IMG/VR virus record: IMGVR_UViG_3300027306_000005
Location: 1-60,445 of that record
DNA: 60,445 nt
Reading direction: 5' to 3' (one strand)
Source: a virus
Lineage: Duplodnaviria; Caudoviricetes
The position numbers were made by a program, and so were the translations under genes. This document shows, piece after piece, positions 19,797 through 29,221 of the stretch. How positions within the stretch are numbered: position 1 is the stretch's first letter; each line of letters begins with the position of its first letter. The notes below the pieces were generated by a model. That model searched no databases, was not told where the DNA came from, and worked only from the letters and a program-made list of their open reading frames with translations.

Positions 19797-20289
19797 CTCC
19801 CCGCGCTTGAACGTACTGATCGCATTGAGCGACTTGCTCAAGACCATGACACCGGCAAACGACTGGCCTTACGACTTGAGCGTGTCCGTCTTCCGTGGCC
19901 GCAGCAAGTTTGGCGAGGACGATCCTGAGACCATGGTTTCTATCCTCGAAGCGCCAAAGCCTGACTACGGTCTGACGGCAGGCGAGAGCGGTGGTCACCG
20001 CAAGGAAGAGTGGAACTTGCTTCTTCAAGGTTGGTGCCCCGAGGACCACAGCAATCCGACTGACCCTGCGCACGAAATGATGTGGGCCGTCGAGCAGTTG
20101 CTCAACAAGGTCATCGCTGTCGATGGCCGCAACGGCAACCCCAAGTACCCGTCTACCTACATGCTGGGTGGACTCATCGCGAGCTTTGCCTTTGGTCCCG
20201 GTGTTGTTCGGCCGGCGACGGAGGGCATTTCGAACAGGGCCTTCTTTTACCTGCCGGTGAGAGTTGGTCTTGTCACCCGCAACGGTTGA
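19789..20289 (+). CDS. tail terminator protein
   Basis: Synteny; VFRGR..FG..DP...SILE motif. Confidence 0.65.
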   Translation: MANSPRLNVLIALSDLLKTMTPANDWPYDLSVSVFRGRSKFGEDDPETMVSILEAPKPDYGLTAGESGGHRKEEWNLLLQGWCPEDHSNPTDPAHEMMWAVEQLLNKVIAVDGRNGNPKYPSTYMLGGLIASFAFGPGVVRPATEGISNRAFFYLPVRVGLVTRNG

Positions 20290-20346
20290 CCCTATTCTCG
20301 CGGATAATTTCAACCGTCTTTCATCTGTTCCACAAGGAGTGCCATC

Positions 20347-21159
20347 ATGCCTTTGACTTCCGATCTCGGCGGCAAGAACTACATCCTCGGTCGAGGCAAG
20401 GTGTTCTTCGACCGCTTCGCCGCCAACGCCATCGTCACAGCAACCACCCGTGGTGAAGGCGAACGTTACCTGGGCAACACGCCCGAGTTCTCCACCACCT
20501 CGTCGGTCGAAAACCTCGACCACTACGACTCGGACGGTGGCGTCAAGACCAAGGACGGTTCCGTGCAACTGTCACTGGACCGCTCCGGCGCTTTCACCTG
20601 CGACAACATCACGGCCGAGAACTTGGCCCTGTTCTTCCAGGGTGACGCTTCCACGCTGACGCAGACCGCTGCGACCGGCGTGGTCGAGGTGCTCAACGAT
20701 GTGAAGCACGAACGCTTCTACCAACTCGGCGTGTCCACCAGCACCCCTTCGGGCGTGCGCAAGGTCACCAACGTGGTCGTCAAGAAGGGTGCGGGCTACA
20801 CCACCACGGTGACCCAGGCCGGCAACTATGAAGTCGATGAGGTCACCGGCCGCGTCTACATCCTGTCGGGCTCGACCGACATCCCCAACGACACGGACAT
20901 CCAGGTCACCTACGACATCCAGGCTTCGACTCGCGAGACCGTGATCTCGAAGAACCAGTCGATCTACGGTGCAGTGCGCTTCGTGTCCGACAACCCCACC
21001 GGCCCGAACCGCGACATCTACCTGCCCTACGTCAAGCTGTCTCCAGACGGCGACTACCAACTCAAGGGCGACGACTGGCAAGTCATGGGCTTCCAAGTCG
21101 AAGTGTTGAAGAAGGCTTCGAACATCGAGGCCATCTACGTCGACGGCCGCCCGGTGTAA
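20347..21159 (+). CDS. major tail tube protein
   Basis: NYILGRGKVFF, YLGNTPEF, L.PDGDY.LKGDDWQ; AAGGAG RBS. Confidence 0.85.
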   Translation: MPLTSDLGGKNYILGRGKVFFDRFAANAIVTATTRGEGERYLGNTPEFSTTSSVENLDHYDSDGGVKTKDGSVQLSLDRSGAFTCDNITAENLALFFQGDASTLTQTAATGVVEVLNDVKHERFYQLGVSTSTPSGVRKVTNVVVKKGAGYTTTVTQAGNYEVDEVTGRVYILSGSTDIPNDTDIQVTYDIQASTRETVISKNQSIYGAVRFVSDNPTGPNRDIYLPYVKLSPDGDYQLKGDDWQVMGFQVEVLKKASNIEAIYVDGRPV

Positions 21160-21168
21160 GGTCAAATC

Positions 21169-21618
21169 ATGTCACTCGCCTCGTACACCCCCGAGACGCG
21201 AGCCGTGCCGCTCGGAAACGACAAGTCGTTTGTCGTTTCCGGGCTCTCGCTTGCTCACGTCGAGATCCTCATTCGTACCCACCTTGCGGACATCGAAGCA
21301 CTCTTCGACCTGTTCACCCAAGGTGGCGGCAACTTCGAACCGGAAGACCTCAAACGTCTGTCCATCTCTTTGGCCACCAACGCCCCGGGTTTTGTGGCCA
21401 ACCTCATCGCCCTGGCTGCCAACGAGACTGACGCGACCGAGAACGCAGCCCGTCTGCCGTTCCCGATCCAACTCCAGGCCCTGAGCGAAATCATGGAACT
21501 CACTTTCACGGAAGTGGGTGGGGTAAAAAAATTCATGGAGGCAGTCGCGAGCCTCCTGGGTTCGATCAGCGGAAAGGTGCCGACAAAGCTCAAGAAGGCG
21601 ATGGAGAACCTCGGGTAA
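21169..21618 (+). CDS. tail assembly chaperone (gpG-like)
   Basis: Between tail tube and tape measure; contains an A7 slippery site. Confidence 0.85.
   Translation: MSLASYTPETRAVPLGNDKSFVVSGLSLAHVEILIRTHLADIEALFDLFTQGGGNFEPEDLKRLSISLATNAPGFVANLIALAANETDATENAARLPFPIQLQALSEIMELTFTEVGGVKKFMEAVASLLGSISGKVPTKLKKAMENLG
21525..21531 (+). other. programmed -1 frameshift site A-AAA-AAA
   Basis: GTA AAA AAA TTC; the -1 frame is open from 21531 to the stop at 21857. Confidence 0.8.
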
Positions 21619-21857
21619 TCCGGTTCTACCTGGGCCTTCGACGCGACGTGAGCTTGTTGCTGTCAGAAGGCCACGCGGACGCACGGCGCTACCCCGTCGC
21701 GTTCGCTTGGTCAGAGGCGCGAATAGTTCGGCAGAGGAATGCGTTTCGACGCAAAGAGGAAACGGCTCTTCTGCAACTTGCTGTCGGGTCGATCCTCGAT
21801 AAGAAAGCAGGCAAAGAGCTTGCGAAACTGATCGAAAGGATGGACGAAAGTGATTGA
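21531..21857 (+). CDS. gpT-like extension (G-T fusion via -1 frameshift)
   Basis: In frame with ORF 21648..21857, with no stop between the slip site and that ORF. Confidence 0.75.
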   Translation: MHGGSREPPGFDQRKGADKAQEGDGEPRVIRFYLGLRRDVSLLLSEGHADARRYPVAFAWSEARIVRQRNAFRRKEETALLQLAVGSILDKKAGKELAKLIERMDESD

Positions 21858-24800
21858 CAGCAAGACCGTTGACCTCATCATCCGGGCGCAACTGGAAGGG
21901 AAGGCCGATCTTGCATCGGTCACCAAGGGCATCAAGGAGCTTGAGAAGGCCCTCCAGTCTCAGTCCGAAGCTGCCAAGAAGGGTGAGTCCTCAATCGACG
22001 AGTTGCGGGCCACCCTCCTTGCCTTGGAGCAGGTTCAGAAGAAACTCAAGACCGACTCGTCGTTGGTGCGAGAGTTCGATTCGCTGCCTACCAAGATCGA
22101 CCGCGCATCGCGTTCGGTTGAAAAGGCCAAGACCGCTTACGAAACCCTGGCCGAACAGCAGAAGAAGTCGGCCGAAGTCACCGAAGCACAGGCCCAGCGC
22201 CTGTTTGACCTTTCCGCACGCTACGAGAACGCACAGAAGCGTCTCGATGGTCTGACGGCACGCCAAGGTGCACTGCGCGAAGAACTGGTCAAGCTCGGCG
22301 CCGATACCAATGACCTTGCTGGTTTTCAGAACCGACTGAACACCGCATTGGGGGATGCAGCCGTTGTCTACGGCAAGACGCAGCGGGCAATCACAGGCTA
22401 CGGTGAGACCGTTCGTGCTGCTCGTGACGCACAGCGAGAGCTTGCTCAACAGCAGGCTCAGGCGACACGCGAGGCCGCGCAATTCGAAGCTGCCGAGAAG
22501 CGTGCTGCCGCCGCATCAGAAGCCCGCGCTGCGGCTGCCCGCGCAGTGGCCGAAGCCCAGGCCAACCGTCGTGCTGAGAGCACCGCTGCTGGAAACCAGT
22601 TCGCCGATGACGCGGCTGCCGCTGCGCGGGCTCGCGAGCTTGCTCAACTGCGTGAGGACATCACTCGCCGCTCAGAAGAGCAACTGGCTGTCGAGCGCCA
22701 GCTTGCCAAGAGCAACGCCCTGGCCAAGACGGCTGACGACGCACAACAGGCCGCCCGTCAGTACGGCACCCTGGCCAACGCCTCGTCTGATCTCGCCCCC
22801 AAGCTCATCAGTGTGCGCTCGGCAGTCGATGACATCCTGAACCCGAGCAAGGCTGTCACTTCGACCCTGGCCGGCGTGGAAGGGCGCATCAACGACCTGT
22901 CGACCACCATCGGCAAGATCAACGGTCCGGTCAAGGAGTACCGCGAGACGTTGGCTTCCCTCAACGAGGCTCAACGTTCCCTGGCCAACCAAGCCGGCCT
23001 GATCGACAGCTACCGTCGCCAAGAGGTGGTTGTGCGTGCGGCTCGTGAGGAATACGTCAAGGCCACGGGCAAGGTTGACGAGTACGCCGCTGCCGTGCGT
23101 AAGGGTGGCTCAGACGTTGATCAGATGCTTGCCTCCCTGGCTCGGGCAAAGAGTGCGGCTGAAAGTAGCGGTGCGGCTTATCAGAAACAGGTAGGCGCAC
23201 TCAACGAGACCAAGGAAGCCCTGCGTACAGCCGGCGTCAACACAAATGATTTGGCGAACGCTCAGACCCGCTTGCTCAACAGCAGCCGTCAGGCGCAGGC
23301 CGCAGCCACGGCTCTTGGCAAGGCCGTCAAGGAGTACGGGCAAGAGTCTGAGGAAGCCGGCCGCAAGTCGGGCAAGGGGATCTTCGGTGATGAGGGGCGC
23401 ACCACGCTGTCGCTCGCTCAGCGCATCCGTGGTGAGATCCTCGCGTTGACCGCTTCCTACGTTGGTCTGCAAGGCGCGATCAGCACTGCAACTGGCGCAC
23501 TGGAGTCGTTCAACAACCGGGCCTCCACGCGCACCGTGATCGGCGTCGGCTTGCAGACCACCGACAAGGCGCAGATCGACGCTGAGTACAACTACATCAA
23601 GCAACAAGCTGACCGCATCGGCTTGGTGTTCGCTGACACAGCAAAGCAGTACGGCAAGTTTGCCGCTTCGGCTGCGTTCGCTGGCCGCGACCGCAACGAG
23701 ATCCGCTACATCTTTGAATCGTTCTCGGAAGCTGGCCGCGTCCTGGGGTTGACCCAGGACAACCTCAACGGCGTGTTCATCGCCCTGGAGCAAACCTTCT
23801 CCAAGGGTAAGATTGGCGCAGAAGAACTCAAGCAGCAGTTGGGTGAACGGCTGGCCGCCGTCTTCGAGGTTGCGCAGAAGGCCCTTCAAGACCAGTACCC
23901 CGACTTGGCCAAGGCCATGGAGAAGGGGCAGGTTGGTGCTGAGAACCTCGTGCTCATCGCACAGAAGTATCGCGAGATGATCGGCGGGCAGTTGCCCGAG
24001 GCAACGAAATCCTTGGCCGCTCAGCAAGCCCGTCTGACCAATGCGGTTGAGGACTTCAAGCTGGCCATCGCGGATGCGGGCTTCGTCGATGCATACGCTG
24101 CCACCATCGAAGAGATAAGCAAGTTTCTCAAGAGCGAGGATGGCAAGCAGTTCGCAGAGGGTATGGCCGGTGCATTCTCAAGCGTGCTGGAGATAATCAA
24201 GCTCCTGCTGAAGAACTTCGACGAACTGAGCGCCATCGTTTCGGCCGGGGTTTGGCTCTTCAGCGCAAACTTGTTCCTCAAGATCGCAGAGAACCTTTGG
24301 ACTGTCTCGAAGGCAGCAACTGCCGCATCCGTGGCCATGAGCGGCTTCCAGAAGGCATTTCTACTGCTGGGGGCAGCCATCGTCGGCTGGGAGATCGGCA
24401 AGTACCTGAGCGACAAGTTCAAGGAAGTTCGTGCATTCGGCGTGGCCCTGGTCACCGGGATGGACATCGCTTGGACCAAGATCAAGTACGGTGCTCAGAT
24501 CGCCTTCGAGGCCATTCCCACCTACGTCGAGAACCTCGTCATCAAGGTTGACAACCTGATGCTGCGGATGACTCGCGGTATTGCTCGCACCTTCGCCGAC
24601 TTGGCCAAGGCTGCCGGGTTGGACTCGGTTGCTCAGACCTACGCCAAGTTTGCTGATGGCTTGATCGAGAAGACCTACAAGAAGGAGACCGACAAGGCGG
24701 CAGCACTGCGCAAGCAGATGGAGGCCGACCTTGCCACGATCAAGCAGATCCAGAGCGACATGTACGACGAGATCCTTGCCAGCGACAAGAAGATCTCTGC

Positions 24801-26298
24801 CAAGACCTCACCCACGGCAACAGCTTTCCCAGGTAAGGGAGGTAACACCCGCAACACCGGCCCGAGCGAAGCTGACGTTGCCAAGGCTGCCCGTGAACTG
24901 GAGTCGCTCGAAGATCGCGTGCTGTCCCTCGAAGGCCGCATCGAACGCGCCTCTTCGCAGACCCTGGCCGTGCAACTGCAAGGCGTGGACAAGAGCACCA
25001 AGGATCTCAAGGACGACATCACCTCGAAGGTCAAGGACGCGGAGAAACGACAAGCCCTGCTGGCTCGCGTTGACGCTGCGACGGCCCAACTGCGGCTGCA
25101 AACCACCGACAAGTTCAACAAGGAGACGCTCACGGCTGAAGAGTCGTTGCAGCGTCAACTTGAGGAAGCTCAAGCCGCAGCAGGCAAGCGTCAGAAGGAA
25201 TCCCTGGACGCTCGTCTGAACGCGATCAAGTTGCGCTACGAGAAGTTCTTCCGCGAAGCCGATGAACTCATCAAGCGGCAGCAAGAGAACGGGCTCGACA
25301 CCTCGAAGACCGAGGGTGTCAAGGCCAACATGACCGCGAACGTGGCCGAGCTTCAACAGCTTGAGGCCAAGAAGTTCTACGAGGAAGAGATCAACCGGGT
25401 CATCGGTGAGCGAAAGATCCAGATCGACGCTGTTCGTGCTGCGCAGCAAGCGGGAAGCATTGATCAGAACCAAGCGGCAGAGCGCATCAACAAGCTCAAT
25501 GCCGACTTCATCCCCATCATCACGCAGATCAAAGATCAAGCTGTTCAATGGGCTCTTGCCAATCAACAGGTGTTTGGCAATCAAGAAGCCCTGGACGCTT
25601 TCATCGCGAAGATGGAAGCCATCAAGCTCAAGGCCACTGAAGTCAAAACTGAGTTCGGCACCTTCGACACTGCTGTCAAGAACAGCATGGTCAACGGTGT
25701 GAACTCCGGCTTGGAGAAGATCGCCGACTCATTTGGCCAGATCATCAGTGGTCAACAAACCGTGAAAGAAGGCTTCGCCGACATGGGCCGAAGCGCGGTG
25801 CTATTCATCGCGAACTTCTTGCGTGACCTCTCAATCGCGATGATCAAACTGGCGATCTTCAACGCCATGAAGAAGAGCCCCTATGCTCCCGTGGCTGCGG
25901 CCGGCAACGTCGGTGCCGCCTCTGTGAACGTGCAGCACACGGGCGGCATCGTGAGTGGTTCGTATGGACGCAACCGTCTCGCCGACCCTTCGTGGTTTGC
26001 CAACGCACCGCGCTACCACAGCGGCGGCATCTCCGGCCTCGCGCCTGATGAGTATCCGGCGATCCTCCAGAAGAACGAAGAGGTGCTCAGCGCAAGTGAT
26101 CCTCGCAACATCATGAACGGTGGTGCAGGCGTCAACGGTGCTGCGGGTGCTGCCGCCGATGCGCAGCCGATGCGCTTCGTGCTCGTGGATGACCGCAGCA
26201 AGGTGCCTGAGGCCATGAACAGTGCTGACGGTGAGAAGGTGATCATGCAGATCCTTACTCGCAACGCACCCACAGTTCGTCAAATGGTCAAGGGTTGA
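21850..26298 (+). CDS. tape measure protein
   Basis: 1482 aa Ala-rich coiled coil; SKGKIGAEELKQQLGE tape-measure motif; C-terminal HTGG/YHSGG/DEYPAILQ. Confidence 0.93.
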   Translation: MIDSKTVDLIIRAQLEGKADLASVTKGIKELEKALQSQSEAAKKGESSIDELRATLLALEQVQKKLKTDSSLVREFDSLPTKIDRASRSVEKAKTAYETLAEQQKKSAEVTEAQAQRLFDLSARYENAQKRLDGLTARQGALREELVKLGADTNDLAGFQNRLNTALGDAAVVYGKTQRAITGYGETVRAARDAQRELAQQQAQATREAAQFEAAEKRAAAASEARAAAARAVAEAQANRRAESTAAGNQFADDAAAAARARELAQLREDITRRSEEQLAVERQLAKSNALAKTADDAQQAARQYGTLANASSDLAPKLISVRSAVDDILNPSKAVTSTLAGVEGRINDLSTTIGKINGPVKEYRETLASLNEAQRSLANQAGLIDSYRRQEVVVRAAREEYVKATGKVDEYAAAVRKGGSDVDQMLASLARAKSAAESSGAAYQKQVGALNETKEALRTAGVNTNDLANAQTRLLNSSRQAQAAATALGKAVKEYGQESEEAGRKSGKGIFGDEGRTTLSLAQRIRGEILALTASYVGLQGAISTATGALESFNNRASTRTVIGVGLQTTDKAQIDAEYNYIKQQADRIGLVFADTAKQYGKFAASAAFAGRDRNEIRYIFESFSEAGRVLGLTQDNLNGVFIALEQTFSKGKIGAEELKQQLGERLAAVFEVAQKALQDQYPDLAKAMEKGQVGAENLVLIAQKYREMIGGQLPEATKSLAAQQARLTNAVEDFKLAIADAGFVDAYAATIEEISKFLKSEDGKQFAEGMAGAFSSVLEIIKLLLKNFDELSAIVSAGVWLFSANLFLKIAENLWTVSKAATAASVAMSGFQKAFLLLGAAIVGWEIGKYLSDKFKEVRAFGVALVTGMDIAWTKIKYGAQIAFEAIPTYVENLVIKVDNLMLRMTRGIARTFADLAKAAGLDSVAQTYAKFADGLIEKTYKKETDKAAALRKQMEADLATIKQIQSDMYDEILASDKKISAKTSPTATAFPGKGGNTRNTGPSEADVAKAARELESLEDRVLSLEGRIERASSQTLAVQLQGVDKSTKDLKDDITSKVKDAEKRQALLARVDAATAQLRLQTTDKFNKETLTAEESLQRQLEEAQAAAGKRQKESLDARLNAIKLRYEKFFREADELIKRQQENGLDTSKTEGVKANMTANVAELQQLEAKKFYEEEINRVIGERKIQIDAVRAAQQAGSIDQNQAAERINKLNADFIPIITQIKDQAVQWALANQQVFGNQEALDAFIAKMEAIKLKATEVKTEFGTFDTAVKNSMVNGVNSGLEKIADSFGQIISGQQTVKEGFADMGRSAVLFIANFLRDLSIAMIKLAIFNAMKKSPYAPVAAAGNVGAASVNVQHTGGIVSGSYGRNRLADPSWFANAPRYHSGGISGLAPDEYPAILQKNEEVLSASDPRNIMNGGAGVNGAAGAAADAQPMRFVLVDDRSKVPEAMNSADGEKVIMQILTRNAPTVRQMVKG

Positions 26299-26300
26299 TC

Positions 26301-27224
26301 ATGATCTACACACCATTCGAGTTCCCCCTTCCAACGGCAATCGCTGCATCGTTCACGAGCGGCGAGAAAGCCGTGGCCATTGCCAACCCCATGGCCAGTG
26401 CCCCAGGTCGAAGCACCTACGCGATCAGCCGCTGGATCTACCTGCACTCAGGCACATACGTCATCCGTTGTGCCGCAAAGACCTCGGCAACCTTTCTGCT
26501 CAACACCGTTGATGAACACCTGGGGTTTCGCAAAGAGCAGAAGCAGTTGCTTTTCACTTGCACCTCAAGCCAAGGTGTCATCGAGCGCGAGGTCTTCGTT
26601 GCCAAGTCTGGTGTGCGCAAGCTCGACGTGATCCTGCGCAATATCTCGGTTGGCCCGGATGACTGCTATGTCGTTTTCAACATCCGGCGCAGCGGCAACC
26701 TGATCTACGCCTCTGACAACGAGGGGTGGGTGGCAAGCGACACTGGCACGGTTGCACCGTCCGAGATGCCGGAGATGCCGGATTACCGAGCCTCCTTGCC
26801 TGTCTTCTCTGTGATTCCAAACTGGAAGGACGGGGTTCTTGAACGCCTGGAGTACAAGACCAACGTCCTGACGAGTACCTCGGACGCCGAGCAACGCAGG
26901 GCGATGCGGCTCTACCCACGGCGCTCATTCGAGGCTTCTTTCCTGAGAGAGAGGTCAGTTCGCTCGCGCCTGGACGCTTTCATCTCAGGTAACGGCCATG
27001 GGGAGTTCTTGGTGCCCCTGTGGCACGAGTCCTTGCGACTCCCTTATGGTGACCCTAAGGAGACGGTCGTTGTTCCGTTCGATGGCTACAATCTGGTCAG
27101 CAACGGGCTTAGGAAGAGTGACGGAACCTACTTCTCCTACGGTCTTGACTTCCTCTACACATCAATCTCAGACGGCGACGTTCTCTCTGACGGTGCCACA
27201 ACCTCAAACGGATACAAGGACTGA
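26301..27224 (+). CDS. distal tail protein, N-terminal half
   Basis: Follows the tape measure; PNWKDGVLERLEYKTNVL.S....EQRRAMR..PRRSFE motif; atypical DG-rich C-terminus. Confidence 0.7.
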   Translation: MIYTPFEFPLPTAIAASFTSGEKAVAIANPMASAPGRSTYAISRWIYLHSGTYVIRCAAKTSATFLLNTVDEHLGFRKEQKQLLFTCTSSQGVIEREVFVAKSGVRKLDVILRNISVGPDDCYVVFNIRRSGNLIYASDNEGWVASDTGTVAPSEMPEMPDYRASLPVFSVIPNWKDGVLERLEYKTNVLTSTSDAEQRRAMRLYPRRSFEASFLRERSVRSRLDAFISGNGHGEFLVPLWHESLRLPYGDPKETVVVPFDGYNLVSNGLRKSDGTYFSYGLDFLYTSISDGDVLSDGATTSNGYKD

Positions 27225-27226
27225 CC

Positions 27227-28903
27227 ATGGCCGACTTGACACCAACTCCCGACGAGAACGCTGCTGTGTGGCAATGGGACGGCGAGACACCGTTGCTCGG
27301 TGGGCCATCGACCGCCCCATTGAACCGACAAGCCCAGGCACTGCTGAATCGGCAGGCGTGGCTCAAGGCTGAGGTTGCGCGTGTCGAAGGCGTGGCAGAT
27401 GACGCGGCAACAGACGCCGCCACCGCCCTTTCCACGGCGGCATCGGCCTTGTCCTACGTCACCGACAACGTGGCCCAACTGCCGGAGACCTCCTACTTCG
27501 AAAACAACTACGCGGGTATTCTCGCCAAAATGGTCGACGGGCGCATCGTTGGCTGGGGGCGGGCAACGGCATCGAACCTCGGCACGGGGCACACCCACGA
27601 TGGTGACATTCGGCCTTCGTTTTCCAACTTTGCACCGAAGATCCCGGCAGGGGTGACCATCGCAGGCTTCAGCATGGCCGGTGCTGACAGCTTCGTTTGG
27701 CTGTCGAACGGCTGGGTTTACCACGCAGGGGTCAACGCTCGTGGCATTGGTGGACATGGGGACACCGCTCGTCGTTACATCTTCACCCGCATCAATTACT
27801 TCTTCTCTGGCGGGTTGTCCGTGGTTGATGTCAAGCCACGTTCCAATCGCTCCGACGACCAGTACAGCAACGCGCTGTTCTTGTGCAGCAACGGGGATGT
27901 TTACTTTTCGGGTTACTCCAATACAGCCGACGCTGGTGACGGCATCAACACCGAAAGGAGCATCTCCACGCCGGTCAAGTGCTTGGCCATCTCGGGTGCT
28001 GTTGGCATCTCAGCCGGCTCCGACAACTACAGCGGCAACTTTGCATGGCGAGCAGACGGCACCTGCTACGCATGGGGTCCGAACTCTCAAGGGATGCTGG
28101 GCGTGGGCGGCTCTGCGGCGACCCATACCCCCGTGGTCATCGCAGGGCTGCTTGCTGCCAAAGTGGTTAACCGTGTTGGCATGAACACATCCAACACACG
28201 TTACGGCTTCACGTTGTTCTTGCTCAAAGATGGCACCGTGAAGGCTGCGGGCTACAACCTGAATAACAACTTGGGTGACGGCACGACCACTGACCGCAAC
28301 ACCCCAACGACAGTCATCGGCTTGAGCGACATCGCAGACGTGGGCATCGGAGGTGGCGACTTCGGCTGGGGTTGGGCTGTTACCACCGGGAAACGTCTCA
28401 AGGTTTGGGGCTGCAACGTACACGGTGTCCTTGGCGTCGGTGACACCACAGCCCGTGGCACGCCCTTGGAGCCAATCGGCTGGACTGATGAGACCGACAC
28501 TGACGTTCTCAGCGGCTCCCCTCCGTTCCAGGGCAAGGTCGTCAAGGTCATCACAGGAAAGACGGTCGCCTCTGGCTACAGTGGACAGCAGATGGTCGTG
28601 CTCGATGAAGACGGCAACATCTGGTCTGCTGGTATGAACCTCACCCAATGTGTCGGCTGGAACTCTACCGGCACTAACACGAGGTTCAAACGTGCTGGCC
28701 TGATGGGTGTTGCGCCCGGGGACAAGATCGTTGACATCCATATTCAGGGCAGCCCCCTCTACGGTGGTCAACGCCTCTTCGCTCTGACCCAACAAGGTCG
28801 CTTGGTGGCTTCTGGCCCCAACAGTTACGCCATCCTGACGTGTGTGCCGAACTCCGGTTATCACGGCAACGTCTTTGTTCAACCTGTGCGCCTCGGAGTT
28901 TGA
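27227..28903 (+). CDS. tail fibre / receptor-binding protein with RCC1-like repeats
   Basis: Myophage-fibre-type N-terminus (LGGP...NRQAQALLNR..WLK); about 7-8 repeats of G.V..WG.N..G.LG.G. Confidence 0.8.
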   Translation: MADLTPTPDENAAVWQWDGETPLLGGPSTAPLNRQAQALLNRQAWLKAEVARVEGVADDAATDAATALSTAASALSYVTDNVAQLPETSYFENNYAGILAKMVDGRIVGWGRATASNLGTGHTHDGDIRPSFSNFAPKIPAGVTIAGFSMAGADSFVWLSNGWVYHAGVNARGIGGHGDTARRYIFTRINYFFSGGLSVVDVKPRSNRSDDQYSNALFLCSNGDVYFSGYSNTADAGDGINTERSISTPVKCLAISGAVGISAGSDNYSGNFAWRADGTCYAWGPNSQGMLGVGGSAATHTPVVIAGLLAAKVVNRVGMNTSNTRYGFTLFLLKDGTVKAAGYNLNNNLGDGTTTDRNTPTTVIGLSDIADVGIGGGDFGWGWAVTTGKRLKVWGCNVHGVLGVGDTTARGTPLEPIGWTDETDTDVLSGSPPFQGKVVKVITGKTVASGYSGQQMVVLDEDGNIWSAGMNLTQCVGWNSTGTNTRFKRAGLMGVAPGDKIVDIHIQGSPLYGGQRLFALTQQGRLVASGPNSYAILTCVPNSGYHGNVFVQPVRLGV

Positions 28904-28905
28904 TC

Positions 28906-29214
28906 ATGGCTTTGACCGAATACACCCTCAACGGCATGACGTGTGTCGCGGAAGAGATCCCTCCTGGCGCCGTTCCGGTGGAGGTCTCCAGCTTTCAGGG
29001 CCGTGCTGCGCTCATTCAATCTGGCTACATGGCTGCCATTCGCGCTTACATCGAGCACCCCGACACCGACGCTTTGGTCAAGGAAGCGTGGGACAGCGTG
29101 CGAACTTTCCGCCGCCAAAGCCTGATGATCATGACTGTTGCCCTGGTTCTCGGTTTGAACGACCAAGACCTCGACAATCTGTTCATCTCAGCCCACAGCA
29201 TCGGCGACGTTTGA
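28906..29214 (+). CDS. tail fibre assembly chaperone-like protein
   Basis: VS.FQ.R.AL...W.....F.R......LGL....LD.LF..A pattern, directly after the fibre. Confidence 0.7.
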   Translation: MALTEYTLNGMTCVAEEIPPGAVPVEVSSFQGRAALIQSGYMAAIRAYIEHPDTDALVKEAWDSVRTFRRQSLMIMTVALVLGLNDQDLDNLFISAHSIGDV

Positions 29215-29221
29215 GCAGAAC

